From contig OX597832.1 of NCBI GenBank assembly GCA_951406725.2, positions 66,960,001 to 67,024,000 of the forward strand: 64,000 nucleotides of DNA, in the 5' to 3' direction. Under the pieces are notes generated by a model. That model did not search any database, was not told where the DNA came from, and saw only the letters and a list, made by a program, of their open reading frames with translations. Source of the DNA: Octopus vulgaris. Its lineage: Eukaryota. The position numbers and the translations under genes were made by a program. Below are positions 1 through 11,084 of the stretch, piece after piece (positions within the stretch are counted from its first letter, which is position 1; the number at the start of each line of letters is the position of its first letter).

Positions 1-711
1 AATCAATAATCGCAGATATAAAAGTTGAAATTGTATATATTATATATTATGTAAAATGTAGCTATATTTATAGATGTAGATATATGATTTTGTATTTTCA
101 TATCTGTTTATTTAGAATTCACATAATTTCTACATTGCTTACCAAAGCCCTAGAAAATTATGTCTCAAAAATTGGATTAATAAAACTGAGGAAACAAAGG
201 AAAAGTAGAAATGCATAAAAACCATTAAAATTTTTGTAAAAAAAGGCAAGAACAATAAAAGGCAACGCTTCTATATTAACTTAAATGTTCACTACCCATA
301 GATAATCAAAGTCCTTCACAATACCGATCACCGCCAGTCCCAGCACATTATAGAGACGGAGTGCTCTGAAACTTTCATTAAGCACGTTTAGACTTCACCG
401 AGAGCATAAGTCTCACATTTTGGGTATAATACTGATTTAATAGTTAACTCAAATTTAGTATATCTTTGCCAGATGTATGACATAGAGGTGTGTGTACACG
501 ACAATTGTCCCCTCCTCAAAAGGCTTTGAACACTTCTTGGAATTGTAGAAAGCATTCAAAGGGTTTATTCGTTCTCCATCGGCGTTTCGGTCAAGTGTAC
601 AGCAGCTGGGATATATGTGTGTGTGTGTGTATGTACGTGCGTGTGTGTGTATGTGTGTGCATGTCTGTGTATGCATATATATGTATACATATGTATACAT
701 ATGCATGCATG

Positions 712-1120
712 TATATAACTTTTAAACATGACGTCAAACATTAAGACAATGCAAATATCTCAACTCATATACGATATTATTACGGGAAGAAATTCAAAAT
801 CTTACAGCTGTTTCTGGGATATCCTTTAGTATAGGATATTCCGCCTTCAGAGAGAAATTGGGGAAAAATATAGAAAGTGAGAATGGTATATATGAATAAG
901 ATGTCAACCTATAGGAGGGGAGTTTCTATGTTATCATCCAAATGATATATACCATTCTTATTTTCAATATTTTACTCCAATTTGTTGACGGAATAAGCCA
1001 TAGTTGAGGATATCCTAGAAACAACTGCAAGATTTTGAATTTCTTCCTGTAATAATATCGTATAAGTCTTGAGATGTTTGCCTTGCCTTAATGTTTGACG
1101 TCATGTTCAACAATTATGTA
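712..1120. repeat. Imperfect fold-back (inverted repeat, ~180-bp arms) with a degenerate hammerhead motif in the left arm; Penelope-like
   Basis: aacatgacgtcaaacattaag...acgatattattacgggaagaaattcaaaatctt (725-803) is the reverse complement of aagattttgaatttcttcctgtaataatatcgt...cttaatgtttgacgtcatgtt (1029-1107). Similarity continues inward to gaatggtatata / tatataccattc. Confidence 0.85.
800..853 (-). ncRNA. Degenerate type-I hammerhead ribozyme motif
   Basis: Minus strand reads tct-CTGAAGG-cggaatatcct(atactaa)aggatatccca-GAAA-cagctg-TA-aga. There is an A9>G core change and stem I is only 3 bp. Confidence 0.5.
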
Positions 1121-1260
1121 TCCGCTGCATCGGAAATCTGGCATGGCTCCATAACTGCGTCTCGGCTATAATCTTGGGGCCCCAATAATCCCTTACAGCA
1201 CTTATCTAGCGTATCTAATTGTTTAGATCACCTGTGAACTGAACCCCAGTACTTTGTATG

Positions 1261-1332
<72 letters not shown>

Positions 1333-1394
1333 CGTGTGTATGTATTTACACATACAAACACACACACATATATATAATTATAAAGCATTGACAG

Positions 1395-1610
1395 CACTTT
1401 CGGATATCTGTAGACTTGAGCACAACTGTAGACAATGTGATTTGTGGAAGACCAGCAGTCGCTCATGCATACCTTCCCCACACCACTGGATCTGTCCAAG
1501 AGAATGTCAACAACCGAGACAGCTTGGCACTAGTGACGTTGTAACACTTTGCTCAAGAACAGATCACAGCTAGCTCCGGGAATCGAACTCACAATTGTAA
1601 GACCGACATT
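1395..1610 (-). mobile_element. Degenerate SINE (tRNA-like head, conserved tail)
   Basis: B-box-like gagttcgattccc on the minus strand at ~1578-1590. Body (ggaagaccagcagtcgctcatgcatacc...acagcttggcactagtgac) is homologous to 2385-2582. Confidence 0.6.
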
Positions 1611-1650
1611 GTAATCAATGAATCATGCGTTTTCACACACACACACGCAC

Positions 1651-1719
<69 letters not shown>

Positions 1720-1721
<2 letters not shown>

Positions 1722-2023
1722 AGGCTCAATGGCCCAGTGGTTAGGGCAGCGGACTCGCGGTCGTAAGATCGTGGTTTCGATTCCCAGACCGGGCGTTGTG
1801 AGTGTTTATTGAGCGAAAACACCTAAAAGCTCCCCGAGGCTCCGGCAGGGGGTGGTGATCCCTGCTGTACTCTTTCACCACTCTTTCTCCCACTCTTTTT
1901 GCTGTTGGCCTGCTCGCTTAGCCAGCGGGGTGGCGTCATTCGAAGGCTAAAACAATGCGAACGCATTGTGACCAGCGATGTGTAACTACATCTGATGGAC
2001 TGGTCGGTCACGTGATCACGTGA
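1720..2023 (+). mobile_element. tRNA-derived SINE, near full length
   Basis: A box tggcccagtgg and B box ggtttcgattcc. Flanked by (TG)n/(TA)n. A second, inverted partial copy lies at 2671-2836. Confidence 0.85.
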
Positions 2024-2102
2024 TATATATATATATAAATATATGCATAAATTTATGTATACCTTTATATCTAAGTGTATATATGTACACACACACACAC
2101 AC

Positions 2103-2152
<50 letters not shown>

Positions 2153-2384
2153 ATAAAGGATGTGTTATAACACACTTCCACATATACAAAAACAGCCATA
2201 CCAACAATACAACATACCTTCATCATAACGTGCCTCGCTTATATTATTATGATTGCGACACCTGGGCAATACCATTCAATGCAGCAGTGTTAATAGCGCT
2301 AAAATAACTGTTGTCTGAGAACGAGCATACCAAAGAAACCACAAGTTTCAAACACATTAACAGTATGTACAACAGTTGATGTGC

Positions 2385-2582
2385 TTCTGGCCCCCTTCGG
2401 TCATGAATTACTATGGGATTGCAGCTAGAAAGTTACCCTTCGAGGTTCAAGTCTGGGCAATGTTGATTATGGATAACCAGCAGCCGCCCATGCATACCAG
2501 CCTCCCTTCGCCACGCCACCGATGTTATCGAAGGGAAAGGCAAAGGCCGATACAGCTTGGCACCAGTGATATCGCAGATCAT
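2385..2582 (-). mobile_element. SINE tail fragment (same family as 1395-1610)
   Basis: Shares ccagcagccgcccatgcatacc...gatacagcttggcaccagtga with 1450-1537. Strand inferred from the copy that retains the head. Confidence 0.6.
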
Positions 2583-2670
2583 CTATTAACGCGCAAGTAT
2601 TAACGTAGATCTCAGGGAGATTCATCGTGACACAGAGTCTGACAAGGCAGACCTTTGATATATAGAGAAA

Positions 2671-2836
2671 GTTGTGGTGAAAGATTAGAGCAGGGTTCAG
2701 CCCCTCATGCCAGAGCCTCGTTGAGGTTTGGGTGTTTTCGCTGAATAAGCATTCACAATGTCCGGCCTTGGAATTGAAACCACGAACCTACGGCCGTAAG
2801 CCAGCTGCCCTAACCACTGGGCCATAGCACCTCCAC
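2671..2836 (-). mobile_element. tRNA-derived SINE 5' part (family of 1720-2023)
   Basis: gctgccctaaccactgggccat is the exact reverse complement of atggcccagtggttagggcagc. The B box is also retained. Confidence 0.8.
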
Positions 2837-3369
2837 AGTATCTATAAATAAATCCAATAAGTAAAATCAATAGCCAACTCCTCTATATGTAACTAAACAG
2901 CGACCAAACCCTAAAGTCATAATTTTATTCCCTACAGTCTCCCATAGTATAATAAAAGTGAAAGATTAATAACCACATTCATTCAATCTGAATATAGGCA
3001 GAATAAAACTCTAACTTTAAAATCAAACTACAAGAAACAGATAATCCTATGTGTATCTGTAACGGTATTAATAGTAAATCTACAATAACTAAATTATAAA
3101 CTAAATAGCGACCACTCTTTAAATCCATACAAATAAAAATCTTACTAGTCTTCAACAGTTGCCACAATGATAAAAGGAAGTGAAAGCTTTGTATCACTTC
3201 GCTCCAAAACAAAACACGATTGAATTGAATTTAACGAATAATGTAGTAATTATGAGCAAAATACATTATTTCATAATTCGAATGTTAATAAAAACAATAC
3301 TTGCTGAATAATAAATATTAGCGTTAAAAGCTTTAATATAAACGTTAAATGTATTAAATATATATAATA

Positions 3370-3370
<1 letters not shown>

Positions 3371-3460
<90 letters not shown>

Positions 3461-3532
3461 TCAGCTATCTATATATCCATCCAACCATCTATCTTTCTAT
3501 CCATCTATCTATCAATATATCTATCTATCTAA

Positions 3533-3602
<70 letters not shown>
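3371..3602 (+). repeat. (TCTA)n microsatellite
   Basis: Direct reading. Confidence 0.95.
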
Positions 3603-4309
3603 GCTATTTTCATCATCCTTGTGACTATGGCGAAAGAATGTATCTGGTGGACGCGTCTGAAAGGATTGGAGACAAACACTTTCCTCTCTGGTCAATCTCT
3701 CATCAATTTCTTCAAGTACCACTTGAAAAGGAAAGTGAGAGTAGAGAGGCAAGTTTTGTCTAGCGAATCTTTTAAAAAAAGATGGGTGAATGTAGCAAGG
3801 ATGGCTCGTATGAATGACGAAGCCACCTTGAGCATAATCCTATGAACCCAGAAATTGAAAACAGAGGGTTACCCACTTGCAAACAAATGTGGTAACATAT
3901 AACAATATTGACCAAGGTTACCGTGGTCTTTTTCGTAGGCTTTTCTTCCCACGGATAAACCTTACTTGCTTTCCCCTTTACACCATATATCATAACACTG
4001 TGATACACGATCCCTATTGATCGTTTTTTTCCTCTTCCCCTTTTTTTCCCATTTTTTCTTCTTTTTTCATTTCTCTTTTCTTTTGTTCCTTTTCCTTTTC
4101 CTTTTTTCTTTTTCTTTTTTTCTTTTTTATTTCATTTATTTTTTTTTTTTTTGTTCTTCTCGTCCCTTTTACGATCCTTCTTGATCGAAAACCTACGCCA
4201 CCCCCTTTGTTTTATTTTTGTTTTTTGTTTTTTTCATCCCCCAAAAGAAAAGCACTACCTTCTAACTTGTCCCATCTGTGTGCAGCCCTGTGTGGCCAAT
4301 AAAGAAACT
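3603..4309 (+). mobile_element. 5'-truncated L1/Tx1-clade LINE: ORF2 C-terminus plus 3' UTR
   Basis: Frame reads AIFIILVTMAKECIWWTR...FKYHLKRKVRVERQVLSSESFKKRW...* and matches the AK..IW..R ... F..RW pattern of Tx1/L1 ORF2 C-termini. T-rich 3' UTR with AATAAA at 4298. Embedded in (TCTA)n on both sides. Confidence 0.7.
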
Positions 4310-4358
4310 TATCTATCTATCCCTCTATCCATCCATCCATCCATCCATCCATCTATCC

Positions 4359-4402
<44 letters not shown>

Positions 4403-4415
4403 CTATCTATCTATA

Positions 4416-4446
<31 letters not shown>

Positions 4447-4587
4447 ATATCCCTCTATCTATCTTTTCATCTATCTGTCTATCTATTCATCTATCTATAT
4501 ATCCATCTATCTGGCTATCTATATTTCTATCTATCTATCCCTCTATCTATCTTTCCATCCATCTGTCTATCTATCTATCTATATCTC

Positions 4588-4655
<68 letters not shown>
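4310..4655 (+). repeat. (TCTA)n/(TCCA)n microsatellite
   Basis: Direct reading; source of the spurious ORFs 4151-4702 and 4278-4880. Confidence 0.95.
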
Positions 4656-4656
<1 letters not shown>

Positions 4657-5509
4657 ACACACATGGATTCATATTTATACACATATACCTGTTGTATTAT
4701 AGTAGGTATCTGCAATGCTTTTTTAATATTGCGGACATGTGTATTCTGAACGAATTAGAGAAGCTAATCTCATTTGAAATATTTAATTGTTCCTCACATT
4801 TCGACTCCAACGCTCAGTCAATTTCGAGTACGTCATGGCACCTGCTTCATCTTTCAAACATCATTTTGAAAATCAAATGAAATTAAACAATCGTTAGAAA
4901 GAAGTTATTTTGATAACTAAATACAAATGAATATTTAATCGCTGGCTTCAACTCAATGATTCATAAGAGATTTTATGATTATAAAAACTCGCAATACTTC
5001 ATCGAGTTTCCGCTTGCTCTTATATCATAGTCCATCAGACTTTGGTATCATTAAACAAATTGTTGTTCAAATTTCTGCATATTTAAAACCGTTACAATTC
5101 CATTATCACGCGTGATGATCTGACACTCCAGGAAAATGAAAATATCATTTATCGCCCTCTCCTACTCTTTCAACTTGCTTTCATTCTTTCTCTTACTTTT
5201 GTCTAATATTCGAATAGAGAATGTTAAGGTAATGCTTCAATATTTTCTGATTGTCATTTAATGACATCAGTCATCATTCGCGCGCGCGCGCGCACACACA
5301 CACACACGTGCGTGCGCACACACACACGTGCGTGCGCTCGCAAACTTTCACGCATAGTGAATGAGGAGGTGGCTGATAAATTCTTTAAATGTTAATGAAT
5401 TGAAAGCAAATAATTTATTCTGGCTCTTTCTTCATCTTTCACTTATGAAACCACTTACTGCCCTCAGAACGACTCGAAAGTTTGGTAGACAATAATATAT
5501 ATACATATA

Positions 5510-5547
<38 letters not shown>

Positions 5548-6050
5548 CATACATACACACATACATATATGTATGTATGTGTGTGTATGTATGTATGTAT
5601 GTATGTATGTATGTATGTATGTATGTATGTATGTATGTATGTATGAATGTATGTATCTATAGACATACGCACCAGGACGCATGTATAAATCCAACATTTT
5701 ATTAATATATTGCAGTAACGTAAGTCTCTGCCGTATGCCTCACATTCTTCGTGTAAAACACAATGATGCTTCAATTAATGTAGCTCTACCATCCTAGAAA
5801 TAATACCTTCGAGCACTACATTGTGCTCAAGGCTGGCCTCACCTAGAAAACTTATTAGATAGAGTATAATTTTTGAAAAGGGAATATAACAATTTATGTA
5901 CTAACTCAAGAACTTAGATCTCACTATTTTATTCATCTCATTCAATGTTATAAATTTTTCTCTCTTCCGTGATCACTGGTTTCACACATGCACAAACCTG
6001 AAACACATAAACGCACAAACACAAAAACACACAATCTTTTACACATATAT

Positions 6051-6396
6051 ATACAGCTTGGCACCAGTGATATCGCAGATCATTTATTAACGCGCAAGTA
6101 TTAACGTAGATCTCAGGGAGATTCAGCGTGACACAGAGTCTGACAAGGCAGGATTGACCGTCCTCGACAAGTATGTTGTACTCGTTACTGTTCAGCTTCA
6201 TACGATTTCTGATCAAACTACGCTATGATCAAGTATATTACAGCTAGGAGAATTCCCTCTGTTGTTGCAATGTTATCTAGAAGTACGTTATGCAACGTGT
6301 CATTCATCATTTCCGGCTCCGACATAATGATATGGTTGATATTTAATGATCATTTTGAGTTTCTCAACTACCCCTTCCTCCCATGGCACCGTCTTT
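6051..6396 (+). repeat. Composite local duplication: copy of 2550-2650 fused to copy of 11278-11521
   Basis: 6051-6151 matches 2550-2650 with 2 mismatches; 6153-6396 matches 11278-11521 with about 6 mismatches. GGCAG is shared at the junction. Confidence 0.9.
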
Positions 6397-6735
6397 CATA
6401 CATATTCATACATATTTATATCCTTTAAATATGTATGTATGTGTGTGTGTGTGTGCATGCGTGAATATATGTCTGAAAGAGTGTGTGTATGCGTTTGTGC
6501 ATGCCTTTTATATCTTTCTTTTGAATATGCATATACGCAGGATTGTGTCTGTTAATGTGTTGATGTGTGCGTGTGAGGGGGATTTATTTAACATATGTCC
6601 TAATTGCTACTGTATTTGTCAAATATCAAACACCTACATTAAGGCTTGACCATGTTTAAATTTAATGAATGCGTTTTGGGGTTGTCAAATTTGATTTTTG
6701 CTTTCTTTTATTTATATATTTTGACAACACAGACG

Positions 6736-6812
<77 letters not shown>

Positions 6813-7429
6813 GTATGTATGTCTATAAACACATATTCTCTAACCGCGTTGTGGCCGCAACTCTTGAACTGAAAGTTGTGTCAGGGGACCAATTTGCACT
6901 TTTGGTTTATATAGGCTCAACACACTAATTTGTTGCAATTGGCCAAAATATTCATGAGATGAATTTTGGACCAATTCCTGAGCCCTGTACCGTGATTATT
7001 TAAGTGTTCTGTGGGAACTGGATTAAAAGTTCTATCACGATGCACGTCACATATTTTAAGCGACAAATTCTGTATGTGTTCTGGAGCCTCTTCTCCATAA
7101 ATTGGTTCGACAGTTTTTTACGAATTAGAGCGTTGAGAGATGTCATTGAGAAAAGTTTGCATCCTGCCGTCCAGAGTATAAAACGGCACACAAGGAGCCA
7201 TATTACCAGTGATGATCTCAGATGAATTATCAGAATGTTTGAAGAACAAATTGTTCCGAATAACAATCCGGAAGAATTTTTATTTTTTTATTGCTTCTGA
7301 AACATTGTACAGCTTTACAAAGGAATAATGTCTAGATATTATTTTAAACATATTTTCTTACATTACTTATACAATCGAACACGTGTCCTTAGAAATATCT
7401 TTAAACACTTCCTTTATTTTGACTAAAAA

Positions 7430-8078
7430 CACAACCTTGATGTTGCAGGCAGAACACCCGCTTGTTTTCACAATCGCACCTCAAAAGTAGTAATCTATAT
7501 GACTACAAGCGGGAGAATTAAGAGGTCGGAAATTGGAGTTGGTGAAGTCATAGACATTCATCGTCAATCACTTCTAAATTTTTCTGATGTATGACAAGGA
7601 GCCGAATCGTGCAGACACACATGATTTATAGTAGTATCCTTTCTAGCCATAGATTGACCACATTCTCCAGTAGCTTAAGGGAGCCGCCTCAATTGAATGT
7701 AAAGCCTTGCTTGAAATTCTTGAGTCAGTTGCGGTGTGTGGACTAGTTAGAAGTTCTGCTATGTCAGGTCTTGCTGGCCACAGTTTCTTACCGTTCCAGC
7801 CATCCAAGTGACGTCTTACAGCTTTTTGCATTTTTCACAGTGCCTTGAGCAGCACACATGATGTTGGTAGTTTGATACTCGGCTCAAATCGTTATGATAC
7901 AGGTAAATCTTTTTCAATATTGGGAAGGCTTCCAGGCCGCCATGTCGTCTGACGTTCTTTCAACTACTATCTCCATGTTAATGCTTTCCAACACAGTTAA
8001 CTTTTCACCAGTGCATAAATAAAAAAACAAAAAAAAGCAACGTTAAAAATTGCCAGATATTGGACCGAACACACTGTA
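7430..8078 (-). mobile_element. Decayed Tc1/mariner-superfamily (DD37D-like) transposon
   Basis: Minus-strand frames give LKLLENVVNLWLER..HDSAPCHTS..NSPACSHIDYY, resembling the catalytic region of 36640-37795. Terminal ta-cagtgtgttcggtcc at ~8078. Confidence 0.6.
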
Positions 8079-8863
8079 TAGATACGCATACAAACACATG
8101 TATTCACACATATATATATACACACGGATGTAATGGGTTTGTTGGACACAGTGTGAGACGACTGCTGCTAACGTTAGGCCTAACTTATCTTAAAGTAAAA
8201 ACCACAATCACCGATATCCAAACTATAGCGGAAAAGGCTAGCCACTAGATTTCGTTAAAAAGAGACGATGATGGTTAGAAGAATTTTAAGCTTTATTTGA
8301 TAACCAGTTGATCTAGAGATCGTGGCCTCATATAAGTGAGGTGGGTAGTGCGCATTGAGGCCACCGAGAGGTAGGACTCAATACGGCACACATTCTCTCC
8401 TGATGACCCAGTACAATTGCTGGCTTCCGGTATGGGAAACTCTCGACTGGTAACAATTGCATGTGCATATTGGAAAATATATATATATTTAGATATACAT
8501 GTACATACATTTGTTTTTTATTTGTATTGTTTTTACGTCCTGTTTTTGTCGCATTTTTTTCTTTCCTTGTTTTTACACCTCTGCAAAGGAATTTTATTTA
8601 ATTCTTTCGCAGGAAGGGTTAGTTCGACGAGTCGTGTTCTGTCCTTACCTTCGAAACACGCATGGAGTCGAACTAGGGACAGGTGATGAAGGGGAATTTT
8701 CCTTCTTTTGTTTGTCTTGTTCTCTGTTTTTTCGTTGTTTAAAAAAAGTCCGTTTCCATGTTTATTTTTACGTTTTCGTTTCTCGTTGAGTTCTACGCCT
8801 ATTTGTGGTGTCCTGTACTCACATATATATATTTATATATGCATGTATATATACATGTAGATG

Positions 8864-8893
<30 letters not shown>

Positions 8894-8894
<1 letters not shown>

Positions 8895-9304
8895 TCTCTT
8901 TTACTCTTTTACTTGTTTCAGTCATTTGACTGCGGCCATGCTGGAGCACCGCCTTTAGTCGAGCAACTGGACCCCGGGACTTATTCTTTTTGTAAGCCCA
9001 GTACTTATTCTATCGGTCTCTTTTTGCCGAACCGCTAAGTGACGGGGACTAAACACACCAGCATCGGTTATGAAGCAATGCTAGGGGAACAAACACAGAC
9101 ACACAAACACACACACATACATATATGTATATATACATATATACGACAGGCTTCTCTCAGTTTCCGTCTACCAAATCCACTCACAAGGCATTGGTCGGCC
9201 CGGGGCTATAGCAGAAGACACTTGCTTAAGATGCTACGCAGTGGGACTGAACCCGGAACCATGTGGTTGGTTAGCATGCTACTTACCACACAGCCACTCC
9301 TGCG

Positions 9305-9308
<4 letters not shown>
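8894..9308 (-). mobile_element. tRNA-derived SINE, full length, with internal (CA)n
   Basis: Minus-strand head ggcgcaggagtggctgtgtggtaag...ggttccgggttcagtccc and tail ...gactgaaacaagtaaaagag. Same family as 61371, 55935 and 20400. Confidence 0.85.
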
Positions 9309-9349
<41 letters not shown>

Positions 9350-9419
9350 TATATATATATATACATATAGATGTATATATACATATAGATGTCTATATTT
9401 ATATACTTATGTGTATATA

Positions 9420-10160
9420 CAGGTGTTGAACAAAATAATTGAAACACCTAACATCATAGAAGCATAATTTTGAAATATCTACAAAACCGTCAAAAGTTTG
9501 TTTATTTTTATGGTTTTTTTATTTATTATCAGTGTTGCTTGATATGTCTTGCTAAAATTGTCGTTTCGTTTCAGTTATCATCAAAAAAAGGTAACTAAAA
9601 TTCATTAGAATAACAGATCTATCGAACTTTCAAAGAGGTCATATTGTTAGTGCTCGTATGGCAGGCGCAAGTGTAACGAAAACAGACGAAAGGTTTGGTG
9701 TATCAATAAGTTCTGTCTCGGAAGTTATGACAGCCTTTGAGAAAGAGGGCAAAACCTCCTCGTCGAAACCAAACTCTAGCAGAAAACCAAAACTTTCAGA
9801 TAGGGACCATCTGACTCTTGCGCGAATTGTTAGAAAGGATCAGAAAAGTACAGTTTTCAAGATTACTGCAGATGTTAATGGCCACCTCGAGAACCCAGTT
9901 TCCACAAAATCTGTTCTCCGGGAGCTGCACAAAGACCGATTTCAAGGGAGGATTGCAATCAGAAAACCACTACTTTCTTAAAAAAAAAACGTTGCAAAGC
10001 ATTTAGAGTGGATTAAAAACCTACAGAATTGGTCCCTAGAGCAGTGGAAAGATGTTACTTTCTCAGATGAGTCATCACTTACCTTATATCCGACAACCGG
10101 CCGAGTATACGTGTAGAGACAGCCAAACAAAGCATTTGACCGAAACTGCCTTCTTCCAAC
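9420..10160 (+). mobile_element. Tc1-like DNA transposon, 5' half (transposase pseudogene)
   Basis: TA followed by TIR caggtgttgaacaaaataattgaaacacc. Frames give DLSNFQRGHIVSARMAGASV...RKPKLSDRD...RKPLLS, then W..V.FSDES (first catalytic D). Truncated at ~10165. Confidence 0.9.
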
Positions 10161-10169
10161 TGCCTTCTT

Positions 10170-11008
10170 CCGAGGACAGTCTGTTTCTGGATTTGTGGGG
10201 TATCGTATATGGATGGGATCTTTCATTGTTTTCCCTTATACCTATGAGAGTTATTTTTCTGAGTATACATTGTCTGGAGACTTTTATTTGCAGTTGAAGA
10301 AATAGCCAAGTTTTTGGCTGCTATTTCTGAAAAGTTCGGTGTGTGGTAAAGTGAATTCTTTTACTTTACCATATTTTTATAAATTAATACTTCAAATATA
10401 CCGTAAATGGTCTTTACATACCGAATACTGCTTGGTCGAATTTATTAACAATTAATTAATTCGACCCCTTTTTTGATAACAATATAATGCTTTCTCTCCA
10501 GGAATTTGAACTGCAGTTTTTACCTCTGTAGAAATGTAATGCTCTATGACTCACGTGGGTGGACAGGGAGAATAATAGATCTCATTCGTATTTTTGGATT
10601 CGCTAGTACTGGGTGTCTGGCATGGTTTGTCCGATGTTACAGATATCGGACGGGTATGTTTGATTCTTAGTATTTTCAAATCTAAATCAGAAGAAATCTC
10701 TGAGCTGATGAAGGAAAAGTGGCGTTTTACCCACAAATCCAGAAACAGACTGTCCTCGGGTATCGTATATGGATGTGATCTTTCATTGTTTTTCCCTTAT
10801 ACCTATGAGAGTTATTTTTCTGAGTATACATTGTCTGGAGACTTTTATTTGCAGTTGAAGAAATAGCCAAATTTTTGGCTGCTATTTCTGAAAAGTTCGG
10901 TGTGTGATAAAGTGAATTCTTTTACTTTACCATATTTTTATAAATTAATTTGTTTGTAAATGGTCTTTACATACCGTTTCCATGGTATTTCATTAACAAT
11001 TAATTAAT

Positions 11009-11010
<2 letters not shown>
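10170..11010 (+). mobile_element. Penelope-like/retrozyme-like non-coding element: ~560-bp unit plus partial direct repeat with an inverted 30-bp tail
   Basis: 10198-10462 is repeated at 10758-11010. 10170-10199 is the reverse complement of 10730-10759. Contains an HHR motif. Confidence 0.75.
10701..10758 (+). ncRNA. Type-I hammerhead ribozyme motif
   Basis: tgag-CTGATGA-a-gga-aaa-gtgg(cgttttac)ccac-aaa-tcc-a-GAAA-cagactg-TC-ctcg: core intact, GUC cleavage triplet, stem I gag/ctc. Confidence 0.75.

Positions 11011-11084
<74 letters not shown>

Noticed and set aside
1720-1800. tRNA gene
   Set aside because: A/B boxes are present, but the sequence continues into a repeat body and lacks a proper acceptor stem; it is a SINE head.
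4151-4880. Long ORFs of 183 and 200 aa (LSIY repeats), and the many YI/CV/HT/N/I/L-rich ORFs across the window
   Set aside because: Translations of (TCTA)n, (TA)n, (TG)n and (AAT)n microsatellites; not genes.
8395-8447. CTGATGA-ccca(g)tac...gtatggGAAAc hammerhead-like stretch
   Set aside because: No stem I partner or cleavage triplet downstream; at most a truncated remnant.
8610-8677. tagttc-GACGA...GAAAc...TC-gaacta hammerhead-like stretch
   Set aside because: The core lacks the CU and stem II is not convincing.
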